41,463 nt of DNA from Actinomycetes bacterium (GCA_021818615.1 JAKATT010000183.1:1-41463); one strand, 5' to 3'; numbered from the stretch's first letter, positions 1 through 9,816 are shown. Notes: generated by a model from the letters alone, not told the origin. Translations and numbers: made by a program.

Positions 1-115
1 CCTCCCCGATCGCGGGTCATCATCGAGGGCTACTTCGGCGCGTCCGCTGCTCGAAGATCTCGCCGTCATCTGCCAGGACGAACAGCCAACGGAGCCTTCG
101 GCACCGCTTGACAAA

Positions 116-1130
116 TTGCGCTCCTTCGAGATGACTTCGCGAACGGATCGAGGTCTCATACCTCGTTCGTTGGCGACGCTGCCGGTCATGGGCATACAGC
201 CCATGTTGCAAAACCCCATGTCAAAGGTGGTTCTCACGGGCCCGGACGCCTGGGCCGAGCCCGCCCCGCCATCGGCTGCGGGATCCGAGGCCGAGCCGCC
301 GCTTCGAGTGCTCCCGCCGACTGGGCGCCAGCTCGTCGCCCTGCTCGGCACCCACGAGGTGCTCACCTCGGGCCAGCTGGTGCGCCTCACCGGGCTGCCC
401 GAGCGCACCGTCCAGCACCACCTCGGCCTGCTCTACCGAGACGGCCTCGTCAGCCGCGTCCGCCCGCCGCGTGAGGTCGGCACCAGCCCGTACCACTGCT
501 GGCCGACCGCCTTCGGCGCCGCTGCCATCGGCGCCGAGAAGCCTGGCGCGAGAAGCGACGACCTTGCCGGCGTGCAGGCCACCGCGGCGCTCAGCGAGCC
601 GTGGCCGGCCGTGCGCGACTGCAGGAAGGGAGTCGGCCTCGAACTGCGCGGCTGGCGGCGCCTCCCCTCCGGCCTCCCCTACCAGGACCCTCATACCGGG
701 ACGATCCGCGAGCTGCCGGCCGAGGCTCAGCTCAACGTCGCGCTCGGCCCGCTCGACATCGAAGTGACGATGCTTGTTGTCTCCCGGGTAGAGCGTGTTC
801 CCGTTGCCCGGCTCGCCGCGGTGCTGGCCCGCTTTGCCGGCTACCTCACCTCGTCGTACTCAGAGCGGTGCCCGCCGGTCCTCGCCGTCCTCGCCCGTAC
901 GCCACGGGTCGCAGAGCGGGTGCTCACCACCGCCGACACGCTCGGTGCGGCCCTCGGGCAGCCACCTCGAGGAAGAAGTCATCGCGACGGCGCGACGCCG
1001 GGTGGTGGTCGGGGTCGTCGAGCCCCACCCGGTCGGGCTCTCCACCGAGCCAGTGTGGGCCACGCCGGGCGATCGGCGCGCTCGGCGCCTCGTCGAGGTG
1101 CTCCCCGAGCATGCGGGGAGCACCAAGTGA
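116..1130 (+). pseudogene. Replication-relaxation family-like (winged-helix) protein, apparently frameshifted near 955-965
   Basis: The N-terminal part of ORF 116..1432 (LPPTGRQLVALLGTHEVLTSGQLVRLTGLPERTVQHHLGLLYRDGLVSRVRP...SPYHCW) resembles the wHTH of replication-relaxation proteins. After ~residue 282 that frame becomes Arg/Gly/Pro junk. A plausible C-terminus (HLEEEVIATARRRVVVGVVEPHPVGLSTEPVWATPGDRRARRLVEVL, stop at 1128-1130) continues in the frame of ORF 795..1130. The true start is uncertain (ATG at 218 is possible; the frame is open to the window edge). Confidence 0.5.
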
Positions 1131-1200
1131 AGGCGCACCCGGCGACCGCTCGCTCCCGTCGTGGCGGAGAGCCTCCGGCCGACCGGACGGCGCAGCTACC

Positions 1201-1312
1201 CCGCCATCCGCAATCCCAGCGGACCGGGAGCCCCCGCTATCCGCAAGGAGGGCCTACCGATCACCATCACCACCCGCAAAGCCGTGCTGACGGCGACGCC
1301 CGCCATCCGCAA
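1201..1312. repeat. Iteron-like array: 13-mer CCGCYATCCGCAA x4 at exact 33-bp phasing
   Basis: Copies start at 1201 (CCGCCATCCGCAA), 1234 (CCGCTATCCGCAA), 1267 (TCACCACCCGCAA, 10/13 match) and 1300 (CCGCCATCCGCAA). The spacers between them are unrelated. Confidence 0.8.
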
Positions 1313-1560
1313 GCGAGTAGTGGGAGCGCCGCGCCGATCGAGCATTTCGGCCTCCGAACGAACGGAAGGATCTGCCGCCAATGCGTCGCCACCGGAGCGC
1401 CGAACCTCCCCCGGTTTGGTTGTCACTCCTGATGTGGAGGAGTAGACACGTCCCCTTCGGTTGGGCGGTGTGCTGATTGGCATCACCACCGTGCCGACCG
1501 GAGGGGGCACCGCGGGTGGATGGTTCAGTGAGGGGCGGGTACTTCTCCTGGCCATGCGCG

Positions 1561-1629
1561 GGGACTTTTGTTGGCCACCAGCGGGGACCTCACATGGCCA
1601 CCAGCGGAGACTTTTCATGGCCACGGACA
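1561..1629. repeat. Three imperfect tandem 23-bp repeats (GGGACTTTTGTTGGCCACCAGCG-like)
   Basis: r1 is 1561-1583, r2 is 1584-1606 (18/23 identical to r1) and r3 is 1607-1629 (16/23). r3 contains the ATG at 1617 of the next CDS. Confidence 0.8.
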
Positions 1630-2234
1630 CCGGTATCGCTTTCTGGCGGACGAAGACGCCCTGGCCCGACGACTTCCACAACCGTGGCTACAAGAAGTGG
1701 GCAGCTGAGGTCCGCGACTTCTCGGACATCTGGTGGACGCAGTTCCGCAAACGGCTACACGACTGGATCGCCATTCGACCCGCCACGTATGCGGACGTGA
1801 CAGAAAGGTTCGTCGAGCGCCGGAATGCTCTTTCGGAGGCGTGGGCAATGAGCTGCGTCCCTTTCCAGAACCTCAATATCACCGGTGTGACGTGGGCGCA
1901 GGTCGGCGCGTTCGCCGATCTTGTCGGTGAGATCAAGCCGATGAAGGGCCTCCCCTCGCCGGTATTCACGTCGAAGTTCTGCCATTTCTTGCTCCCGAAA
2001 GTGTTCCCTGTCGTCGACAATGAGGGTTCGGGCAACCGTTGGCCCAGGTACCAGCAGTACTTCGAGCACGTGCAAGAGGTCTGGACGTCGACGTCCGAGG
2101 GAACCCGCGACGCTCTGATCGCAGCCATGACCAAGGCCGTCGAGGCGGCTGGTGCGCAGATGAATCACGAGTTTCCGATGGTCAACAAGATCGTGGAGCT
2201 GCGGCTCATCGGCAGGCAACACCCGCTCGGCTGA
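1617..2234 (+). CDS. Hypothetical protein (~205 aa, Trp-rich), unknown function
   Basis: ORF 1461..2234. I prefer the ATG at 1617 (MATDTGIAFW...) because the upstream part is covered by the 23-bp repeats. The motif SKFCHFLLPKVFPVVDN is vaguely reminiscent of OGG-fold/DUF-type proteins, but I cannot verify that. Confidence 0.55.
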   Translation: MATDTGIAFWRTKTPWPDDFHNRGYKKWAAEVRDFSDIWWTQFRKRLHDWIAIRPATYADVTERFVERRNALSEAWAMSCVPFQNLNITGVTWAQVGAFADLVGEIKPMKGLPSPVFTSKFCHFLLPKVFPVVDNEGSGNRWPRYQQYFEHVQEVWTSTSEGTRDALIAAMTKAVEAAGAQMNHEFPMVNKIVELRLIGRQHPLG

Positions 2235-2279
2235 CGCGCTTCGATCAGCGGTGCCAGTGATCTCTCCAAGTCGGGAACG

Positions 2280-3203
2280 GTGCACAATCGGAACGTGCGC
2301 ATCCCAGCTACGTTCGTCCCGGTAGATGCCGATCGACTTGCGCGCCTCGCCGGGTTCCTTCAGCGGGCGACAGGAGTAGAGGCCGGATACACCGAGGACG
2401 ATCAGACGTGGACAGGCACTCCCGGGTCGGCGGCTGATCTCGATCGCCAGTGGACCGAGCCGGGCATTCCGACCGAGAAGACCCGGCGAGCGATCGACAC
2501 TACGTACGCCGCCGCGCGGGTCGGGCTGATCGCCGCCACCGACCATGCCTCGTCTCTGTCCCGATTGATCACCGATCCCGCCCTCGGCGGCTGTCTCTCC
2601 GTCGAGGCAGTTGCGCGCTCAGCCGTCGAGACGGCGGCGCGCTCGTGGTGGCTGATGGAACCAAGGCTCACGCCCCGCGAGCGGGCTGCCCGGTTCTTCG
2701 CGGACCAGTTGTTCAGCGCCTACCAGGCAGAGGACATGGCGCGCCGCATGAAGTGGTCAGCCGGCGTCACCGGTTTCTCGCCAGAGGTCACCGTGATCAA
2801 GGCGAAGTGCGACGAGCTCGGGCTCACCTACGACGCCAACCGATCGGCGCCATCAGTGGACTCGCAGAGACGACCTGGTTCGACACCGCTGGTGGCGAAC
2901 CTATTGCGCGACACGATCTACTCCGCGTCGGACCAACTCGTCTATGCCCTCACCTCGGCGACCACACACGGCACGCACTTCGCGCTCATGCGATCGTTCA
3001 TCGACAGCGGTGAGAAGCATGGTGCCGACCCGATCTTCGATCGCCACCTCGACCACCGTCAGATCGAACCCGTCTGCGGCGTCGTTCTCGAAGCCTTCGC
3101 TGCAACCGTGACGCGTGTCGTTTGGCTCGCCAAGTGGGGCTGGATCAGGGTCGATGGCTTCCGGTCGCCGGTCCGCAACTTCCTGTACACGATGCCTTAC
3201 TGA
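2280..3203 (+). CDS. Hypothetical protein (~307 aa, predicted mostly helical), unknown function
   Basis: ORF 2280..3203 with a GTG start, 45 bp after the previous gene on the same strand. The start is uncertain because the first ~25 codons have weak GC3 bias. No family was recognised. Confidence 0.5.
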   Translation: MHNRNVRIPATFVPVDADRLARLAGFLQRATGVEAGYTEDDQTWTGTPGSAADLDRQWTEPGIPTEKTRRAIDTTYAAARVGLIAATDHASSLSRLITDPALGGCLSVEAVARSAVETAARSWWLMEPRLTPRERAARFFADQLFSAYQAEDMARRMKWSAGVTGFSPEVTVIKAKCDELGLTYDANRSAPSVDSQRRPGSTPLVANLLRDTIYSASDQLVYALTSATTHGTHFALMRSFIDSGEKHGADPIFDRHLDHRQIEPVCGVVLEAFAATVTRVVWLAKWGWIRVDGFRSPVRNFLYTMPY

Positions 3204-3326
3204 GATCGTGTTCACGGGGCGTTCCAGAGGATGCTCGCTACGAGCGCGCGATGGCCGCGCGATCGGCGGATGACAGGTGGCAGGGCCGGTGGTGAGAAAG
3301 CTACCCTGACCAGGGAAGTTAGCGAG

Positions 3327-3397
3327 AGCGGGCGACGGGAATCGAACCCGCGTTCTCAGCTTGGGAAGCTGATGTTCTGCCTCTGAACTACGCCCGC
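3327..3397 (-). tRNA. tRNA-Gly (anticodon CCC)
   Basis: The reverse complement reads GCGGGCGTAGTTCAGAGGCAGAACATCAGCTTCCCAAGCTGAGAACGCGGGTTCGATTCCCGTCGCCCGCT. The acceptor stem is GCGGGCG/CGCCCGC. The anticodon stem is TCAGC/GCTGA with loop TTCCCAA. A GGTTCGATTCC T-arm is present. CCA is not encoded. Confidence 0.9.
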
Positions 3398-3442
3398 GGC
3401 ACGCAAGACGATAGCGGACAGGCGAGCGACGCTCGCTGGGTC

Positions 3443-3467
3443 GACCGGGGCTCGTCGAGCCCCGGTC
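3443..3467 (-). terminator. Perfect 11-bp stem hairpin (GACCGGGGCTC-gtc-GAGCCCCGGTC) downstream of the permease gene
   Basis: The palindrome is read directly from the sequence. It lies ~100 nt after the permease stop on the minus strand. There is no clear U-tract. Confidence 0.35.
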
Positions 3468-3570
3468 CAACCCCACGGCTCCCCACCACTCGATCCTGCC
3501 GGGCGTGCTCGACGCCGGGCTCTCGCCTCACCATCCTCAAGGCTCCAAGGCTCTCCAGGGCACGATCCCG

Positions 3571-5535
3571 CTACGAGGCGCTGGCATCGCCAGGCTCGTG
3601 AGGCTCGTGGTGGTGCTCATGCCAGGGTTCTTCCATCTCCGGTACAGGCTCGAGCTTTGCTGCTCCACTGAGCGCCTGCTGCAATTCCTTCAGCTCGTCA
3701 GTCTCGAAGCCGCTCCACACAGCCCAGAAGAACGCCACCAGTCCGATACCTGCGGCGATCAGGTCACCCCACGGGAAGGCAATCGTCGGGTGCACTGGGT
3801 TGAACCCGTAATCGCCGTAGTACGAAAGAAGGAACAACGTCAGGCAGAGGAAGATGAACCACCACGACTTGTCGATGTGCATGCGCCCTTCCTCGTTCGA
3901 GAGCAGCCACGTCCCGACGGCCACGAGAACGACCGCTGCCGCAAAGGCGATGTAGTACGTCCCGAATGTCCAGGACCCGCTCACGGGGAGAGTACCCACT
4001 CGCATCATCCATCCGCCCTTTGCGGCGATGTAGATCCATACCAACAAGAACCCCAACCCGAGAGACAGTCCCTGCCCCTTAGAGATGAAACCGCGAGCCG
4101 GCGCATAGTAGAGCAGGTAGAGCACGACAGCGAGAAAGACGGCCGTCATTACCTGGACGAGCGTTGTGAACCCGCTCCAATACACCACCTCGGTGGCGGC
4201 GATGAAGCTCAGGGCAGACAACACCCAGACCGCCGGCAGGCGGACGGGCCGGTGCCAGTCGGGCGCAACGCGGCGCAGCACCATGACTCCGGCCCCGCCC
4301 ATCAGATAGGTCAGCACGGTCGCCGACGTGATGAAGCCGACAAGGCCGTACCAGCTCGGCTCTCGGACGAAGAAGAGGCCACCGACAAAGAACGAAGCCA
4401 CAAGAGCCGGCCACGGGATCGAGAAGCGGTTCATGGTCTGCAACCCGGGTGGAAGCAGGCGCTGCACCGACATGCCGTAGAGGGTCCGAACCGACGTGCC
4501 CATGTAGACGTAGCCCGTCCCTGCCGGCGAGATCACGGCGTCCCAGATCAACAAGGCTGCAAAGCCGGCAAGGACTCCGATGCCCGCTGCGTGCAGCTCA
4601 CGGTAGAAGGGACCGGTAGCCCAGGCTCCCTTGCCGATAAGGCCCCAGTTCCCGATCTTCACACCCATGCTCCCCCACCTGATCCCACCGGTGAAGGCGA
4701 GCTGGAGGAGCGTGTAGAGCACGATGGCGATCGTGACGGAGATGATCGTCGCCCGCGGAACATCCCTCTGCGGCCGACGCGCTTCGCCCGCGTACTCGAG
4801 CGCCTGGCGGAACCCGAGATAAGAGAAGACGATGCCTGTCGTCGCGACCGCTTCGAAGATCGGCGCCTTGCCAAGCGGGGTAAAGCCTCCAACGCTGGAG
4901 CCGAAGTTCGAGCTTCGGAAGGCAAAGAAGACGAAGATGAACGTGAGGGTCGGGATGACGAGCTTCCACAGCACCACCCAGCGGTTGACCTCCGAGAGGA
5001 ACCTGATCCCCATGAAGTTCAGGAAGAAGAAGAAGAGCAGGAACCCGAAGGCCAGCATCACGCCCTTCGGCCAGGAGAGGATCGTGCTGTTGGGCGAGAT
5101 CAGCCCGATCGTGGGGAACTTCGAGGAGAGGTAGGTGACCGAAGCCTCTGCCTCGATCGCCGGCACGGACACCGCTGACAGCAGGTAAGCCCAGCCGAGC
5201 AGCATGCCCGTGAAGCCGCCGTGGGTGAGCTGCGGGTACCGGGCGAGCGCCCCGGTCCTTGGCAGCATCGCGGCGATCTCCATGTACGTCAGCGCGATGA
5301 ACAGCACGCAGATGCCGCCGACCACCCACGAGACCACAGCGGCGGGCCCTGCGACGCTGTCAGCACTGAGCACGGCAAAGAGCCAGCCCGAGCCGATGAT
5401 CGCTCCGAGCGAGAGCGCCGTCAGCTGCGTCAGGCCCATGGTCTTTCGCAGCTTCAGGTCGGAATGTTCGAAACTAGCTATGTGCTCAGTTGGCTCTGGC
5501 TCGGGTACGGCGACTTCTTCTCTCGCGAGTGCCAC
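3571..5535 (-). CDS. APC-family amino acid permease
   Basis: 654 aa with about 12 or more hydrophobic segments and the N-terminal APC signature LTALSLGAIIGSGWLF. The GTG start is preceded by GGGGGAGGTGG (SD) with a 4-nt spacer. The C-terminal tail is acidic and His-rich. Confidence 0.85.
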   Translation of the reverse strand: MALAREEVAVPEPEPTEHIASFEHSDLKLRKTMGLTQLTALSLGAIIGSGWLFAVLSADSVAGPAAVVSWVVGGICVLFIALTYMEIAAMLPRTGALARYPQLTHGGFTGMLLGWAYLLSAVSVPAIEAEASVTYLSSKFPTIGLISPNSTILSWPKGVMLAFGFLLFFFFLNFMGIRFLSEVNRWVVLWKLVIPTLTFIFVFFAFRSSNFGSSVGGFTPLGKAPIFEAVATTGIVFSYLGFRQALEYAGEARRPQRDVPRATIISVTIAIVLYTLLQLAFTGGIRWGSMGVKIGNWGLIGKGAWATGPFYRELHAAGIGVLAGFAALLIWDAVISPAGTGYVYMGTSVRTLYGMSVQRLLPPGLQTMNRFSIPWPALVASFFVGGLFFVREPSWYGLVGFITSATVLTYLMGGAGVMVLRRVAPDWHRPVRLPAVWVLSALSFIAATEVVYWSGFTTLVQVMTAVFLAVVLYLLYYAPARGFISKGQGLSLGLGFLLVWIYIAAKGGWMMRVGTLPVSGSWTFGTYYIAFAAAVVLVAVGTWLLSNEEGRMHIDKSWWFIFLCLTLFLLSYYGDYGFNPVHPTIAFPWGDLIAAGIGLVAFFWAVWSGFETDELKELQQALSGAAKLEPVPEMEEPWHEHHHEPHEPGDASAS

Positions 5536-5683
5536 CTGCCACCTCCCCCTTCGACATGGTCATGCAGGACTACCAGAGTCTCTCAGAGGTCTCGACGGAC
5601 ATCAAGGACCTTCACCGGCATGCGGCACGGCACTGTCTCTTCCTCTTCCGTGCCCTGCTCCGCCAGCGAGAAACCCCTGCCTC

Positions 5684-7597
5684 TCAGGTGGGAGCCAGCG
5701 ACGGCCGACTCGCTGGATCCTGGTCCTCGAACTGGGTTCGATAGAGCTCGGCGTAGAGCCCACGGCGCTTGAGCAGACCATCGTGCGTGCCCTCCTCGAC
5801 GATCCGGCCACCGTCGACGACGAGGATCTTTTCGGCATCTCGCACGGTGGAGAGCCTGTGGGCGATGACGATGGAGGTCCTGCCGGCCAAGGCAGTCCTG
5901 AGCGCCTGCTGCACTGCGGCCTCGGACTCCGAGTCGAGATGGGCCGTGGCCTCGTCGAGCACCACGACTGCCGGAGCCTTCAACAACAGGCGGGCGATCG
6001 CGATCCGCTGCTTCTCGCCGCCCGACAACCGGTAGCCGCGGTCGCCGACGACGGTGTCGAGGCCATCGGGGAGGGAGTCGACGAGCGGCAGGATCTGAGC
6101 GGCAGCCAGCGCCTCTCGCAACTCGCTGTCGGCTGCGTCCGGCTTCGCGTAGAGCAGGTTGGAACGGATCGTCTCGTGGAACAGGTGCGCGTCCTGGGTC
6201 ACCACGCCGACCGTGCGCCTGAGCGAGTCCAACGTGGCGTCGCGAACGTCGACGCCGTTGATTCGGACTGCTCCTTCCCGCACCTCATAGAGGCGAGGCA
6301 CGAGATGCGAGATCGTCGTCTTTCCCGCACCCGAGGGACCGACGAGAGCGACCATCTCACCGGGGGCCGCTCGGAAAGACACGCCGAAGAGCACTTGCTG
6401 GGTCGGAGCTTGGTCGAGGACGGCGACGCTCTCGAGCGACGCCAGAGAGACCTCGTCAGCAGTCGGGTAGGAGAAGCTGACCGAGTCGAAGACTACGTCG
6501 GCTGGCCCGGCCGGGATGTCGACGGCAGCCGGTCGCTCGTCGATCATCGGGGCAAGGTCGAGCACCTCGAAGACCCGGTCGAAGGAGACGAGGGCTGTCA
6601 TAACATCGACTTGGACGTTCGAGAGGGCGGTCAGCGGCCCGTAGAGCCGGTTCAGGTAGGCCGTAAGAGCGACCACCGTCCCGACGAGCAGTATGCCCCG
6701 CGCGGCCTCGACGCCGCCCCAGCCATAGACGAGGGCCGTCGCGAGCGAGGCGGTCAGCAGCAGGGCCGACATGAACACGGCGCCGTACATAGACGTCGTC
6801 ACTCCTATGTCCCTCACCCGCCCGGCGCGGGAATTGAAGAGAGCGGACTCCGACGCCGGATCACCGAACAGCTTCACGAGCAGGGCGCCGGAGACGTTGA
6901 AGCGCTCGGTCATCGTGTTGTTCATCGCCGCGTTGAGCGTGTAGCTCTCCCGGGTCAAGGCCGCGAGGCGCCGCCCTACGTATCGGGCCGGCACGACGAA
7001 GATCGGCAGCAGCGCCAGTGACACGAGCGTGATAGGCCAGGAGAGCACGAACATGGCACCGAGGGTCACGGCTACACCGACGAGGTTGCCGACGACAGAC
7101 TGGAACGTGTCGGTAAAGGCCTGTTGGGCGCCGAGGACATCGTTGTTCAACCTCGAGACGAGCGCGCCCGTCTGCGTGCGCGTGAAGAACGAGATCGGCA
7201 TCCGGGAAACATGGGCGAAGACCTGGCTGCGCATGTCGTAGATCAGCCCCTCGCCGATCCGTGCGCTTATCCAGCGTTGGACGAGTGAGAGAAGGGCGCT
7301 CAGGAGGGCGAGCCCGGCCACAACGGCTGCCAGCAGGATCACGAGACCGGTCCGGTGCTGTCCGATGCCCTGGTCGATAATGGCGCGCAACAGGAGCGGA
7401 TTGGCCGCCGCCACCAGGGCGCTCACGATGATGAGAACGAGAAACAGCGCCAACTGCAGACGGTAGGGCCGTGCGAACTGGGCCACGCGCCGCACGATGC
7501 CCTTCGGCAGCGTCTGCCGCGTGACGCTCTGGTCCCGGCGAAACGACCGCATCGCTCCCCAGCCCTCCGCGCCGCCGCCCATCATCCTCATGCCCAT
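5684..7597 (-). CDS. ABC transporter, fused permease/ATP-binding protein (exporter type)
   Basis: Six-TM N-terminal domain plus NBD with Walker A GPSGAGKTT, signature LSGGEKQR and Walker B VVVLDEATAHLD. The ATG at 7597 (MGMRMMGGG) has GAGAGGA 8 nt upstream. The ORF is open to 7678. Confidence 0.9.
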   Translation of the reverse strand: MGMRMMGGGAEGWGAMRSFRRDQSVTRQTLPKGIVRRVAQFARPYRLQLALFLVLIIVSALVAAANPLLLRAIIDQGIGQHRTGLVILLAAVVAGLALLSALLSLVQRWISARIGEGLIYDMRSQVFAHVSRMPISFFTRTQTGALVSRLNNDVLGAQQAFTDTFQSVVGNLVGVAVTLGAMFVLSWPITLVSLALLPIFVVPARYVGRRLAALTRESYTLNAAMNNTMTERFNVSGALLVKLFGDPASESALFNSRAGRVRDIGVTTSMYGAVFMSALLLTASLATALVYGWGGVEAARGILLVGTVVALTAYLNRLYGPLTALSNVQVDVMTALVSFDRVFEVLDLAPMIDERPAAVDIPAGPADVVFDSVSFSYPTADEVSLASLESVAVLDQAPTQQVLFGVSFRAAPGEMVALVGPSGAGKTTISHLVPRLYEVREGAVRINGVDVRDATLDSLRRTVGVVTQDAHLFHETIRSNLLYAKPDAADSELREALAAAQILPLVDSLPDGLDTVVGDRGYRLSGGEKQRIAIARLLLKAPAVVVLDEATAHLDSESEAAVQQALRTALAGRTSIVIAHRLSTVRDAEKILVVDGGRIVEEGTHDGLLKRRGLYAELYRTQFEDQDPASRPSLAPT

Positions 7598-7813
7598 CGC
7601 AGCCGTCCTCTCGCCCTCGAGCCGGAGAACGCCGCAAGGGCTTACCGGCATTCCCTCGAGGGGCGGATATTGGAACATCGCGCCGCACCCGATTGTTGGC
7701 GGACCAGCTTCTCGAAGGCGACCACTTCCAGTGTCCAGGAGCTGTGAGCCCCTCGCAACCGGGACGGTGGCCGCCTGAGCTCCTTAGCCCTCTGGGCAGT
7801 GGACCAACGAAAC

Positions 7814-7853
7814 GGTCAGAGAAAGTGCTGCCATATGAGCACTTTCTCTGACC
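7814..7853 (-). terminator. 16-bp perfect-stem hairpin, likely terminator of merR-ahcY
   Basis: GGTCAGAGAAAGTGCT-gccatatg-AGCACTTTCTCTGACC. On the minus strand it is followed by GTTTCGTT. It lies ~130 nt after the ahcY stop. Confidence 0.55.
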
Positions 7854-7880
7854 GAACCGGGGACCGCGGGTGAGAAGGCA

Positions 7881-7944
7881 CGAGCAGCCGAGCAGCCGAG
7901 CAGCCGAGCAGCCGAGCAGCCGAGCAGCCGAGCAGCCGAGCAGC
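7881..7944. repeat. Perfect microsatellite (CGAGCAGC)x8, intergenic
   Basis: Eight head-to-tail identical 8-mers counted directly. They lie between the ahcY stop (7985) and the hairpin. Confidence 0.95.
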
Positions 7945-7984
7945 GGTGCAAGGCGTGCAGGCCCTCGCCTTCACGGCGAAGCCC

Positions 7985-9420
<1,436 letters not shown>

Positions 9421-9421
<1 letters not shown>

Positions 9422-9816
9422 CACGTCTCCTTCCCAGTACTGCCCACCGTGACAGGCCCGGCGAGCGCCAGCAACTGCAGATGCTTCTCTTGCTCGTAGA
9501 CGAGCCAGTCGGGGGCCGCGACCTCCGGCGGCCGCATCGGCTCGGCGGCGAACCAGCCGTCGAGCGCCTCTCTCAGCTCGGCGTCGTGACGCAGTCGCAG
9601 AGCGAAGCCGACGTCGGACAGATCGAGCTCGAAGTCCTCGAGCAGCTCACGCAGCGTGCGGAGCCGCTGGAGCTCGCCCGGCCCGAAGAGGCGGTACCCG
9701 GCCGGCGAGCGGCGCGGGACGACGAGCCCGGAGTCCTCGATGTAGCGCAGCATGCGAGACGACCAGCCGGTCGTGAGCGCCGCTTCGTGGATCGTGAGCG
9801 AGGTCCCATCCGCCAT
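9421..9816 (-). CDS. MerR-family transcriptional regulator
   Basis: The N-terminal HTH is [53 protein letters not shown]. 131 aa. Confidence 0.85.

Noticed and set aside
20-211. 63-aa minus-strand ORF at the window start
   Set aside because: It has no motif and an Arg-rich composition. It overlaps the open plus-strand frame that leads into the replication-relaxation-like gene.
1161-1445. 94-aa ORF with an 11-aa periodic PAIRK motif
   Set aside because: The periodicity derives from the 13-mer DNA array and the rest of the ORF is compositionally junk. I retained it only as the alternative hypothesis under the iteron finding.
3063-3072. 10-nt match (ATCGAACCCG) to the tRNA-Gly T-arm as a possible att repeat
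   Set aside because: It is too short, lies inside a CDS, covers only the generic T-arm core and not the tRNA 3' end, and does not extend on either side.
3505-5178. 557-aa plus-strand ORF antisense to the APC permease; likewise 5204..7021 (antisense to the ABC gene), 19073..20503 (dnaK), 22539..24392 (clpB), 10432..11181, 11194..12438, 34857..35918 and 39237..40628
   Set aside because: These have highly biased Arg/Asp/Gly/Pro composition and no recognisable motifs. Each lies opposite a gene with clear family signatures.
7814-7853. Possible CIRCE (HrcA operator), because of AGTGCT...AGCACT
   Set aside because: The half-site order and sequence do not match TTAGCACTC-N9-GAGTGCTAA. The location is also wrong: the 3' end of ahcY, not a chaperone promoter.
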